This document shows, piece after piece, positions 26,086-35,484 of a DNA stretch of 64,000 nucleotides. The position numbers and the translations under genes are program-made. Source of the DNA: an uncultured delta proteobacterium (GTDB lineage: Bacteria; Myxococcota; Kuafuiibacteriia; Kuafuiibacteriales; Kuafuiibacteriaceae); contig CAWDML010000002.1 in the NCBI GenBank assembly GCA_963803435.1, positions 64,001 through 128,000 on the forward strand, in the 5' to 3' direction. How positions within the stretch are numbered: position 1 is the first letter of the stretch; every line of letters starts with the position of its first letter. The notes under the pieces are model-generated. The model did no database searches. It worked only from the letters and a program-made list of their open reading frames with translations, and was not told the origin of the DNA.

Positions 26086-26973
26086 TCAGGCGAGCTGGTG
26101 CAGCTTCTCGGCGAGCTCGTCGTGGATCAGCTCGAGCTGCTTGCTGCTGAGGCCGAGCACGCGCACCACCTGCTCCGTCGGCATGGCGTTCCGCTCCGTC
26201 ACCAGCGGGACGCCGGAGATCCCGAATCCGAGCTTCTTCGCCAGGTGATCGGCCAGGCTCACCGCGGCGGCCAGCGGGTGGGGATAGCCTTCGATCCGCA
26301 CCGTGTGGTGCGCGGCGACGACCATCGTGACCTCGGCCGGGAGCTTCCACTGCTTCGTCATGATCTCCGAGGCCTCCGCGTGCATCTCCTCGATGGCGTG
26401 CCACACGTCCTCGAGCGGCGGCGGGTCCTTTCGGCCGTCGACCAGAGACACCAGCGCGCCGGCCTTCCCCACGTCGTGGAGGAGGCCGCACATGAACGCG
26501 TAGTCCGCGTCGAAGCTGGTGTAGCGGCAGACGATGCGGCTCGCGTGCGCGACCGCCGTCCCGTGCACGCGGAGCTGATCCATCGTCCGTTGATACGGCT
26601 TGGCGCGGAACACGCGGGTGTTCGTCGCAATCTGGAGCACAATGTCGCGCACCGTGGTCAGACCGAGCGTCGCCAGCGCCTGGGGAATCGACGGGACGCG
26701 TAGCCGTCCGGCGTACATGGGGGAGGCCATCACGCGAAGCACCTCTCCGCACAGGATGGCGTCTCTCTCCAGCAGGCGCGCCACGGCGACGAGGGAGACG
26801 TCCGGGTGGTGCGCCATCTCGAGCAGCTCGAGCGCCACCTGGGGGAGCTGCGGCGCCAGGTAGTCCGGAGACTTGAAGGTGTCGCGGAGCCGGGTGAGGA
26901 CGGAGGCGCCGTCTACCCAGTCGTCCACGGTGACGATCCCGATCCCGTAGCCTTTGCTGCCGCGACTGATCAC
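26086..26973 (-). CDS. HDOD domain protein
   Basis: PQLPQVALE, SPMY, GLLHDVGK, WKLP and AHH. Confidence 0.9.
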   Translation of the reverse strand: MISRGSKGYGIGIVTVDDWVDGASVLTRLRDTFKSPDYLAPQLPQVALELLEMAHHPDVSLVAVARLLERDAILCGEVLRVMASPMYAGRLRVPSIPQALATLGLTTVRDIVLQIATNTRVFRAKPYQRTMDQLRVHGTAVAHASRIVCRYTSFDADYAFMCGLLHDVGKAGALVSLVDGRKDPPPLEDVWHAIEEMHAEASEIMTKQWKLPAEVTMVVAAHHTVRIEGYPHPLAAAVSLADHLAKKLGFGISGVPLVTERNAMPTEQVVRVLGLSSKQLELIHDELAEKLHQLA

Positions 26974-27012
26974 GACCTCGAGAATCGGCCGGTTGAGCGC
27001 AAACTCGAGCGA

Positions 27013-29865
27013 TCAGGTCGTTTGGAGCTCCGACCTGCTCTCTTTGAGCCGCGCCAGCGTGGTCTCCGCGTCGACCACCTTGTCGCGCACCTCCTGGACG
27101 GTCTCGGGCGGCGCGCGATCCACGAAGTTGGGATTCTCGAGCTTCTTCCGGTTCGCCTCGAGCTCCTTCTCCTTCTTTGCGATCAGCTTGTCGAGGCGAT
27201 CGATCTCGACCTCGAGATCGATGTACCGCGAGAGATCGACGTAGACCTCGAACGCGGGATCGATCTGGACCGCCATGCCCTTCGCCTTGGCCTCGACGAA
27301 CTCGATGTCCTCCAGCCGGGCGAGGAACGTCACCGGGCCCTTGGCCTGCTCGAGCATCCGGCGCGTGGCCGGGTGGAGCGGCTTCACCTGGACCACGATG
27401 CGGTCGCTGTCCTTGATGTTCGACTGCGACCTCAGGCTGCGCACAGCCAGCACGAAGCGCTGCAGGATGGCGAAGCGCTCCTCGAGCTCCTTCTGGGGCG
27501 GCTGCCGGGGCGTGGGGAAGCGATCGCAGGCCAGGATCTCGGAGGTGGGCGCCTCACCGATCCAGAGCCCGCGCGCGGACATCGCGGGCGCGAGCCGGCC
27601 CCACAGCTCCTCCGTCACGAACGGGATGATCGGGTGGAGCATCCGCAGCATGTCGCCGAGCGCGGTGCCCATCACGCGGAGCACGCCGCGGCGGATCGCC
27701 GGATCTTCGCTGAGGAGCCGCGTCTTCGAGAGCTCGAGCGCCCACGCGCAGAAGTCGTCCCACACGAAGTGGTAGAGCTCCTGCGCGGCGCGGCCGAAGT
27801 CGAAGCCGTCGAGGCCGTCGCGGACCACCCGGAGGGTGGAGTCGGTGCGGGCCAGGATCCAGAGATCCTCGTCCGTGGGATCGGCGTAGGGCCCCGAGCC
27901 CTCCGGCTCGGACTCGAGCGTGGAGATGACGCGGCCGGCGCCGTTCCAGAGCTTCGTCACGAAGTTCCGGCCCTCGGTGAACCGCGACAGCGACAGCCGC
28001 ACGTGCTCGCCCTCGGTGATGGAGTAGATCAGCGTCCAGCGCATGGCGTCGGCGCCGACCGCCTCGAAGCCGTCGGGGAACGTCTTCTCGATCTTCTCCA
28101 GCCGTCGCTTGAGGTCGGGCGGGCGCGCCGACAGCACCGGCTGCTTCAGCTTCTCCAGATCGCCGCCCTCGATCAGCACCATGGGGTCGAAGCCGTTGCC
28201 CTTCGACTTCGACATGGTCTGACCCTCCTCATCGGCCAGCGTCGAGTGGAGGTAGACGTCGCGGTAGGGCAGCTGACCCACGAAGGTGAGCCCCGCGAAG
28301 TTCATGCGGGCGACCCAGAAGAAGAGGATGTCCTTCGCGGTGGAGAGGACGTTGGTCGGGTAGTAGCGCGCGAAGTCCGGCGTCTGCTCCGGCCAGCCCA
28401 GGGTGCTCATCGGCCACAGCCAGGACGAGAACCAGGTGTCGAGCACGTCGTCGTCCTGCCGCCAGGCGCCGGGCTCCGACTTCACGCGCTCGGGCGTGTC
28501 GAGGTCGACCAGGATCTCGCCGGTCTCGCGATGGAACCAGGCCGGGATCCGATGCCCCCACCAGATCTGCCGGCTGATGCACCAGTCCCTGATGTTGGCG
28601 AGCCATTGGAAGTACGTCTTCTCCAGGTGCTCCGGGTGAAGGTTCAGCTGACCCTTCCCCGGTCCCTTCACCCACTCGCCGTCGCTCTGGACGTAGCCGC
28701 TCGCCTCCAGGGCCTTGGCCGCCAGCGGGCGCATCTTGACGAACCACTGATCGGAGAGGCGGAACTCGATCGGGACCTTCGAGCGATAGCTCCGGCCGAT
28801 CGCCAGCATGTGATCGGTGACCTTCTCCAGGAGCTGCTGCTCCTCCAGATCGACCAGCGCCAGCTTGCGGCACTCGTAACGGCTCTTGCCGCGGTACTTC
28901 TCCGGGACGAGGTCGTTCATGGTGGCGTCCTCGTTCATCACGTCGATCTGCGGCAGGTCGTGGCGCAGCCCCACCTCGAAGTCGTTCGGATCGTGGGCCG
29001 GCGTGATCTTGACGGCGCCGGTGCCCTTCGACGGATCGGCGTGCTCGTCCCCGATCACCGGGATGATGCGGCCCTGGAGCGGCAGCCGCAGCTGGCGCCC
29101 GATGTGCTTGGCGAGCGTGGGGTGCTGGGGGTGGACCGCGACCGCCACGTCTCCGAACAGGGTCTCGGGCCGCGTGGTGGCGACCACCAGGTGATCGGGC
29201 CCGTCGGTGAAGGGGTAGCGGATGTAATACATCTTCCCCTTCTCCTCCTCCTTCTCCACCTCATCGTCCGAGAGCGCGGTCTGATCGACCGGACACCAGT
29301 TCACGATCCGCTTGCCGCGGTAGATCAAGCCCTCGCGGTAGAGGCGGACGAACGACTCGCGCACGGCGCGGTTGAGGCCCTCGTCCATGGTGAAGCGCGT
29401 CCGCGACCAGTCGCAGGAGCAGCCCATGCGCTTGAGCTGCTCGAGGATCGCGCCGCCATACTGGTTGCGCCACTCCCAGATCCGCTCGACGAACCGCTCC
29501 CGGCCCAGCTGGCGATAGTCGACGCCCTCGGCGTCGAGCTGCTTCTTCACGACGGACTGCGTGGCGATGCCGGCGTGATCGGTGCCCGGGATCCAGAGGG
29601 CGTCGAAGCCGTCCATCCGCTTGTAACGGATGAGGACGTCCTGGACCGTGTTGTTGAGCGCGTGGCCCAGGTGGAGCCGTCCGGTGATGTTGGGCGGTGG
29701 GATGACGATGGTGAACGGCTTCGCGTTCTTTCGCGCGGGATCGACGAGCCGTCCCCCTGCGTCATACGCGGTGCGGAACGCCTCGGCGTCGAGCCAGCGC
29801 TGGTAGAGCCGAGGCTCGGCCTCTGAATAGTCGAACCGTTTCGGGAACTCGCGCGCGGACGTCAC
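27013..29865 (-). CDS. valS: Valine--tRNA ligase
   Basis: PPPNITGRLHLGH, DWCISRQIWWGHRIP, DVLDTWFSS, MSKSKGN and a C-terminal coiled coil. Confidence 0.97.
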   Translation of the reverse strand: MTSAREFPKRFDYSEAEPRLYQRWLDAEAFRTAYDAGGRLVDPARKNAKPFTIVIPPPNITGRLHLGHALNNTVQDVLIRYKRMDGFDALWIPGTDHAGIATQSVVKKQLDAEGVDYRQLGRERFVERIWEWRNQYGGAILEQLKRMGCSCDWSRTRFTMDEGLNRAVRESFVRLYREGLIYRGKRIVNWCPVDQTALSDDEVEKEEEKGKMYYIRYPFTDGPDHLVVATTRPETLFGDVAVAVHPQHPTLAKHIGRQLRLPLQGRIIPVIGDEHADPSKGTGAVKITPAHDPNDFEVGLRHDLPQIDVMNEDATMNDLVPEKYRGKSRYECRKLALVDLEEQQLLEKVTDHMLAIGRSYRSKVPIEFRLSDQWFVKMRPLAAKALEASGYVQSDGEWVKGPGKGQLNLHPEHLEKTYFQWLANIRDWCISRQIWWGHRIPAWFHRETGEILVDLDTPERVKSEPGAWRQDDDVLDTWFSSWLWPMSTLGWPEQTPDFARYYPTNVLSTAKDILFFWVARMNFAGLTFVGQLPYRDVYLHSTLADEEGQTMSKSKGNGFDPMVLIEGGDLEKLKQPVLSARPPDLKRRLEKIEKTFPDGFEAVGADAMRWTLIYSITEGEHVRLSLSRFTEGRNFVTKLWNGAGRVISTLESEPEGSGPYADPTDEDLWILARTDSTLRVVRDGLDGFDFGRAAQELYHFVWDDFCAWALELSKTRLLSEDPAIRRGVLRVMGTALGDMLRMLHPIIPFVTEELWGRLAPAMSARGLWIGEAPTSEILACDRFPTPRQPPQKELEERFAILQRFVLAVRSLRSQSNIKDSDRIVVQVKPLHPATRRMLEQAKGPVTFLARLEDIEFVEAKAKGMAVQIDPAFEVYVDLSRYIDLEVEIDRLDKLIAKKEKELEANRKKLENPNFVDRAPPETVQEVRDKVVDAETTLARLKESRSELQTT

Positions 29866-29970
29866 TCTTCGGCGATAGCGGACCGGCGTGACTGAGTCCA
29901 CATCGGGGTCATCCGTGAGATTGGGGATGACAGCCCCCCCGAGTTGTGGTTTCAAGCGCCTCCGCAAGCC

Positions 29971-31821
29971 ATGCACGCGAAGATGCTCAGCCTATCGGCC
30001 GTGACCCTCCTGATCCTGTCCGCCTGCGGACCCGAGAAGGAGAAGCTCGATCTCTCGAACGGGAAGACCTTCGAGGCCGCGCTGACCACCGCGGGCGACT
30101 GGCGCCTGATCCAGACCGTGGAGAGCGCCCATCCGTACGCGAACGCATTCCAGCGGGCGTGGCGCGTCAACGGCGATCCGAACACCACGGAGATGCTGGT
30201 CGCGTTCGAGCGGTTCGAGCTCGAGTCGGGCTACGACTACCTCACGGTCTCCGACGGCAGCGGCGCGGGCCTCACCGAGAACACCGGCACCCGCACCGGG
30301 ACCGAGCTCGTCGTCGCCGGCAACTCGGTCGAGCTCGCGCTCACCACCGACGCGTCGGTCACGCGCTGGGGCTTCCGCGCCAGCGTCTACCAGCGGCAGA
30401 GCTGTGCCTGTCAGGCGATCCACAAGCCGGCCTGCGGCGTGGACGGCAACACCTACGGCAACGCCTGCGAGGCCCGCTGCGCAGGCGTCGAGGTCGCGTA
30501 TCAGAGCGCGTGCAACGGCTCGCCGTGGTACCAGGGCTCGCGGCTGCTCGACTCGCCGCACGACTACACCAACAACTTCGATCAGTCGTGGACCCTCTCC
30601 GAGGGCGGCGCGCGCTTCATCCGGCTTCACTTCTCCCGCATCGACGTCGAGCAGGGCTACGACTTCGTGGTGGTGACCGACGCCGCCGGCAACACGATCG
30701 CCCGCTACAGCGGAAGCACCCAGGACGTGACCACGCCCGCGATCGTCGGCGACACCGCGACGGTCCAGCTCACCAGCGACTCGTCGATCACCCGGTTCGG
30801 CTTCTCGATCGACCGTGTCGACGCCATCGGTGGCTGCGCCTCCGACGCCGACTGCTCGAGCGGCCAGGTCTGCAACACGAACATCCAGTGCATCCGGGCG
30901 CCCTGCTGGAGCGTCTGCGAGCAGCCCGCCGGCGGCTACGCCGACGTGACCATCGCCGACCTCGAGACCAACCGGGCGAACTGGAGCGGCCAGCGGATCC
31001 GGGTCGTCGGCGAGCCCCACGTGTACGGCGCCGCCTGCACCCGCCGCGCCTGCCAGCCCTCCAACCCCTGCTGCAACAGCTGCTCGGCCGGGTTCGTGCT
31101 GGGCAACGCGGTGGCGCTCCGCGACGCCAACGATCAGCCGATGGGCTGCCGCGGCGACGAGTGCAACTGGGCCGACACCTGCGATCCCTTCGAGGCGATG
31201 GGCTCCGGCCTCTACGAAATCCGCGGCACCTTCGCCATGGACACCGTCGGACAGGATCGGATCCTGATCGACGACTTCACCGCCGCCGACTGTCAGGTGA
31301 GCGGCTGCGCCGGCCAGGCCTGCAGCAACGGCGGCGGCGCCATCACCAGCTGCGTCGCGCTGCCGGAGTACGCGTGCTACGCCGACGCCGCGTGCGAGCC
31401 CCAGACCAGCGGGCACTGCGGCTGGACCCAGACCCCCGAGCTCCAGACCTGCATCGACGACGCCCGCAGCCAGCGCTTCTCGGCCGGCGACGTCCCGGTC
31501 TTCATCCCGGACAACACGCCGAACGGTGCGGCCAGCCGGATCCAGGTCGGCTCCAGCGGCCCGATCAGCCGGCTGCTGGTCTCGGTCGACATCCACCACA
31601 CGTATCGCGGTGACCTGGTCGTCACGCTGATCGCGCCGAGCGGGGAGAGCTTCCTGCTCCACAACGGCGAGGGCGGCAGCGCGCACGACGTCGTCTTCGC
31701 CGATCGCGAGATCACGGGCGCCACCGGCCTCGAGCGGGGCGGACAGTGGACGCTGTTCGTGGTCGATCGCTACGCGCGCGACACCGGCACGATCGAGGGC
31801 TGGTCGCTCGGGTTCCAGTAG
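29971..31821 (+). CDS. Secreted lipoprotein with two CUB domains, a Kazal domain, Cys-rich clusters and a proprotein-convertase P-domain
   Basis: Lipobox LSAC, FELESGYDY and DVEQGYDF, CGVDGNTYGNAC, HTYRGDL...GQWTLFVVD. Confidence 0.85.
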   Translation: MHAKMLSLSAVTLLILSACGPEKEKLDLSNGKTFEAALTTAGDWRLIQTVESAHPYANAFQRAWRVNGDPNTTEMLVAFERFELESGYDYLTVSDGSGAGLTENTGTRTGTELVVAGNSVELALTTDASVTRWGFRASVYQRQSCACQAIHKPACGVDGNTYGNACEARCAGVEVAYQSACNGSPWYQGSRLLDSPHDYTNNFDQSWTLSEGGARFIRLHFSRIDVEQGYDFVVVTDAAGNTIARYSGSTQDVTTPAIVGDTATVQLTSDSSITRFGFSIDRVDAIGGCASDADCSSGQVCNTNIQCIRAPCWSVCEQPAGGYADVTIADLETNRANWSGQRIRVVGEPHVYGAACTRRACQPSNPCCNSCSAGFVLGNAVALRDANDQPMGCRGDECNWADTCDPFEAMGSGLYEIRGTFAMDTVGQDRILIDDFTAADCQVSGCAGQACSNGGGAITSCVALPEYACYADAACEPQTSGHCGWTQTPELQTCIDDARSQRFSAGDVPVFIPDNTPNGAASRIQVGSSGPISRLLVSVDIHHTYRGDLVVTLIAPSGESFLLHNGEGGSAHDVVFADREITGATGLERGGQWTLFVVDRYARDTGTIEGWSLGFQ

Positions 31822-32405
31822 CGGTAGACGGCGCGCAGGGTGCGGTCGAGCGTCCACCGCTCGAAGCCGTCCGGAAGCGCGCGATAGCCGACCCCTGTGA
31901 TCCCGTCCTCCGGGGTCGATTCCCGGCCGTGTGAGCCGATCACCACCCGCCGCTCGGTCGACACCACGATGACCACATGACCGGGGAGCGTCCGCCCCCG
32001 CTCGGCGAGCTCGCGCTCCACGCGGGCGCGATCTCGGTGGTAGACGAGCAGATCGCCCGGACGGATGGTGCCGTCGCCGACGCGGATCATCGATGGCTGG
32101 TACGGTTGCGGATCGCCGTACGCGAGCCAGCGCGTGCGCATGTGCGCGTCACCGAGGTCGAGCCCGGAGCGCGCGAACACGTAGTAGACGAGCTCGGAGC
32201 AGGAGAGCGCGAGGGGCGGGCGATCCAGATCCCGCCTCGAGAGATCACCGTTGTTGCGGTAGGCGACGCCTGCTTCCGCCAGCGCATGCGCGATCCGGAG
32301 CGCGCGCCGCACCGGCTCGGCAATGCCGGCGAGCTCGGAGGCTTCGAGGATCTCGAGCGGGACGTCTTCCGGTCCGACCCATACGATCGGAAGGCGCAGC
32401 GTCAT
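31770..32405 (-). CDS. NlpC/P60-like papain-fold protein
   Basis: SCSELVYYVF, PGDLLVY and GHVVIV. Confidence 0.6.
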   Translation of the reverse strand: MTLRLPIVWVGPEDVPLEILEASELAGIAEPVRRALRIAHALAEAGVAYRNNGDLSRRDLDRPPLALSCSELVYYVFARSGLDLGDAHMRTRWLAYGDPQPYQPSMIRVGDGTIRPGDLLVYHRDRARVERELAERGRTLPGHVVIVVSTERRVVIGSHGRESTPEDGITGVGYRALPDGFERWTLDRTLRAVYRYWNPSDQPSIVPVSRA

Positions 32406-32407
32406 CC

Positions 32408-32944
32408 TCAGTCGTCGATGGTGCCGTGGAGGTCCGCCATCTCTTGCGGCTTCCACGTCACGCGAAACTCGGCGCGGCGATTTTTGGCCCACACGGTCTC
32501 GCTGTCGCCCGACATCAACGGCTTCTCCTTGCCGTAGCTGACGAGCGTGAGGCGGCTCCGCTCGATCCCGGCACGAACCATGTAGTCGACGACGCCGCGC
32601 GCGCGGCGATCGCCGAGGGCGAGGTTGTATTCGCTGGTGCCGCGGTCGTCGCAGTGGCCCTGGATCTCGATCTTGACCTGCGGATAGCTGCGCATGATCT
32701 CCACGTTCTCGATCAGCGCGTTCCGGGTGTCGGCCGACAGATCAGAGGAATCGAACTGGAAGTGGACGCGCTGGAAGTTGGCGATGATGCGCGCGACCGG
32801 CTCCGGGACCACTTCCTTCTTGGGCTCCGGGGCCTTCTCGGGCGCTTTCGCGGCGATCGGCTCCTCCACCGGAGGCGTCTTCTTGGCGCATCCGAAGGCG
32901 AGGGCGAGACAAGCAAAGACAGAGACGGTGATGGTTCGGTTCAC
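32408..32944 (-). CDS. pal: Peptidoglycan-associated lipoprotein (OmpA-like)
   Basis: Lipobox AFGC, GHCDDRGTSEYNLALGDRRA, SYGKEKP and KNRRAEF. Confidence 0.9.
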   Translation of the reverse strand: MNRTITVSVFACLALAFGCAKKTPPVEEPIAAKAPEKAPEPKKEVVPEPVARIIANFQRVHFQFDSSDLSADTRNALIENVEIMRSYPQVKIEIQGHCDDRGTSEYNLALGDRRARGVVDYMVRAGIERSRLTLVSYGKEKPLMSGDSETVWAKNRRAEFRVTWKPQEMADLHGTIDD

Positions 32945-33016
32945 GCACTCTGGGCTAACAGCAAAGGATCCCCGGTGGCAACGAGAGGTGCAGGCGGAGT
33001 TGCGGCCTCGCCGTAT

Positions 33017-34075
33017 TCAGGGCGTTCGGGCGCGGAGACGAAGGCGTGAATAGATGGGAAGGTGGTCGCTGACGGCGCCCGCTTCCTTCACCACGCGAAC
33101 CTCGACCAGCTCCCACCCCGGTCCGTAGAAGAGGTAGTCGAGCTTTCGGTTGGGGGCGTGGGAGGGGAACGTGTTCCACTCCGACTCGTTCTTCGAGAGC
33201 GTATCGGGCGGTACGGTGTCCTGGATCTCGTCGACCGCCCGAAGCGTCGCCACCGTCCGATCGCCCTCGAAGTGGGTCCCAGGCTCGTCTGCGAAGCCGC
33301 TCAGGAGCGTCGCTTCCTCGGGGACCGAGTTGAAGTCACCGCCGAAGATCAGGAGCGGATCGTCCAGTGAGGCGAGGACGCCCGCCAGGTGCGTGGCTTG
33401 GGACTGCCGGTTGGCGGGCCGGAAGGCCTCCAGGTGGATGTTCACCAGGGGCACGCTCCGTTCGCCCAGCTCGATCTCGGCCCGCTGGTCGTAGCGGAAC
33501 AGGTAGAAGAGGTTGTACCAGAACGCGTTCTCCTCGGGCTTCGGCAGCAGCTCGACGCGGTGGCTGACGATCGGGCGCTTGGAGAGAATGGCGCCGCCCG
33601 ACGACATGCGTCCGAACTGGTCCTTGGGCGGCCAGTAGGGAAACGGGAGCCAGTTGGCGCGCCAGCTGACGGCGTAGGCGACGTACGGGAAGCCGGCGCC
33701 CCGGGCCAGGATCGCGGCCTGGTCCTCCCCGTGGCTCCGCGTGCAGTCGAAGTCGACCTCCTGGAGGAAGACCACGTCCGGATCGAGCTTCGCGATCACC
33801 TCGACCATCCGGGCGAGCGACTGATCGAAGTGGGCCTTCTCCTTCGCGCTCCCGCTCCCCTCGCTGCCCCATCCGTAGCCCCAGGCGATGTTCCAGGTGA
33901 GGACGGTGAGCGTGTCGGTGGCGGTGCGGGTCCGGGCCTCGACGCCCTCCAGGTGGCGCGGCGGCGAGTCGTACGTGTGCGGGGTCTGGAGGCCGTCGGC
34001 CATCCACACCACCAGCGCGAACAGCGCGAGGACCGCGAGCAGGACCAGCGCCAGCATCCGTCGGGCTCTCTTCAC
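33017..34075 (-). CDS. Endonuclease/exonuclease/phosphatase family protein
   Basis: TWNI, LQEVD, GGDFNS, LDYLF and SDHLP. Confidence 0.9.
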   Translation of the reverse strand: MKRARRMLALVLLAVLALFALVVWMADGLQTPHTYDSPPRHLEGVEARTRTATDTLTVLTWNIAWGYGWGSEGSGSAKEKAHFDQSLARMVEVIAKLDPDVVFLQEVDFDCTRSHGEDQAAILARGAGFPYVAYAVSWRANWLPFPYWPPKDQFGRMSSGGAILSKRPIVSHRVELLPKPEENAFWYNLFYLFRYDQRAEIELGERSVPLVNIHLEAFRPANRQSQATHLAGVLASLDDPLLIFGGDFNSVPEEATLLSGFADEPGTHFEGDRTVATLRAVDEIQDTVPPDTLSKNESEWNTFPSHAPNRKLDYLFYGPGWELVEVRVVKEAGAVSDHLPIYSRLRLRARTP

Positions 34076-34087
34076 GCGCGCACCCGC

Positions 34088-34432
34088 TCAGCCGGGCGGC
34101 CAACCCATTTGGCGCCCGCCGAGCAGATGGAGATGAATGTGAAAGACCGTCTGGCCGGCGTCCCCTCCGTTGTTGAACACCAGGCGATAGCCGCCGGAGA
34201 GGCCCTCCGTCTTCGCCAGGTCGCCGGCGACCCGCACCAGGTGTCCCACCAGCGGCTCGTCGCTCTCCTTCAGGTTCTCGACCCGGTCGATCGCCCGCTT
34301 GGGCACCACCAGGATGTGGGTGGGCGCCTGCGGGTTGATGTCGCGGAAGGCCAGGCAGTGATCGTCCTCGAAGACGACGTCGGCCGGAATCTCACGATCG
34401 ATGATCTTCGCGAAGATGGTCTTTTCGGCCAC
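34088..34432 (-). CDS. hinT: Histidine triad nucleotide-binding protein
   Basis: [16 protein letters not shown] and [14 protein letters not shown]. Confidence 0.93.
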   Translation of the reverse strand: MAEKTIFAKIIDREIPADVVFEDDHCLAFRDINPQAPTHILVVPKRAIDRVENLKESDEPLVGHLVRVAGDLAKTEGLSGGYRLVFNNGGDAGQTVFHIHLHLLGGRQMGWPPG

Positions 34433-34464
34433 GACGCGGTCTGTCGCACGAACGACCGCCCGGC

Positions 34465-35484
34465 TCAAGCGTCGAACGCGGAGCGGACGATCGCCTCGGC
34501 CTCGGCCTGCCGGCTCGCGAACGAGCGGGCCAGCGCGCGCTGACCTCGGGCCCGCAGCTCGTTGTGGTGGCTCCGCGACTCGAACCGATCGGCGCGCCAG
34601 CCGAAGTAGGACTCGGCGAGCGCGTCGGCGCCGAAGCGGACGGCCAGCTCGACCATGATCCGGCGGGTGGCCGGAATGATCGCACTGCGCTCGGCGGTGG
34701 TGAGCGCGCCCTGGCTCCCCTCGCCGTAGCCGCGCACCGCGGCCTCGAACAGATCGAGATCGAAGGTGACGTCGGCCGAGTCCTCGCCCTCCGGGTTGCA
34801 CCAGGATCGAAACGCGTCGCCGAGCTCCAGCACCACCGGCATCTTCGCCAGCGTGTCGAGGTCGATCAGCGCGAGGGCCTCGTCGGTCTCAGGATCGAAG
34901 ACGACGTTCGAGATCTTCGGGTCGCCGTGGACGATCCGATCGGGCAGGGCCGGCAAGGGAGGAAGCGCGCGCGCCTCGACCAGCAGGTCCTCGAGGAACG
35001 GCGCGAGCGCGCGATAGCGCCGGTGGCCGGTGTGGGCCTCGAGCGCCGCCGCCAGCGTCCGGATGTGCTTCGCGGTGTCGTGGACGCCCAGCCGGCGATT
35101 CTGGAACTCGTAGGTGAGATCCGACAGCCCCCGGTGGAGCTCGCCCAGCAGCCGTCCGGCGCTCCGGGCCTGGCGGGCGTTCTCCAGCCGATCGCGGACC
35201 ACGCCGTCGAGGAACGTCTGCAGCCGCCAGACGCCCTCGTCCTCCACCCAGAGCGCGCCCTCGGCGGTGCGGATGAGGCGGGCGGTGCGGATGCCCTTGG
35301 CCTCGAGGTGCGCGGTGACCGCCTCGATGTCCTCGTGCACCTTCGCGGTGAAGATCGGGTTGAGCTTCTGCAGGATGAAGCGCTCCCCGCTCCGCTCGAC
35401 CAGGTACGTCTCGTTGATCAGGCCGACCTCGACGCGCGACACGTCCGCGCCCGCCAGCCCGTAGCGATCGAGCACGCGTCTCAC
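34465..35484 (-). CDS. Aminoglycoside-phosphotransferase-family kinase (N-acetylhexosamine-kinase-like)
   Basis: [15 protein letters not shown] and IDLDT. Confidence 0.85.
   Translation of the reverse strand: MRRVLDRYGLAGADVSRVEVGLINETYLVERSGERFILQKLNPIFTAKVHEDIEAVTAHLEAKGIRTARLIRTAEGALWVEDEGVWRLQTFLDGVVRDRLENARQARSAGRLLGELHRGLSDLTYEFQNRRLGVHDTAKHIRTLAAALEAHTGHRRYRALAPFLEDLLVEARALPPLPALPDRIVHGDPKISNVVFDPETDEALALIDLDTLAKMPVVLELGDAFRSWCNPEGEDSADVTFDLDLFEAAVRGYGEGSQGALTTAERSAIIPATRRIMVELAVRFGADALAESYFGWRADRFESRSHHNELRARGQRALARSFASRQAEAEAIVRSAFDA

Noticed and set aside
28200-28220. ValRS TMSKS instead of KMSKS
   Set aside because: The catalytic second lysine is retained; a minor variant
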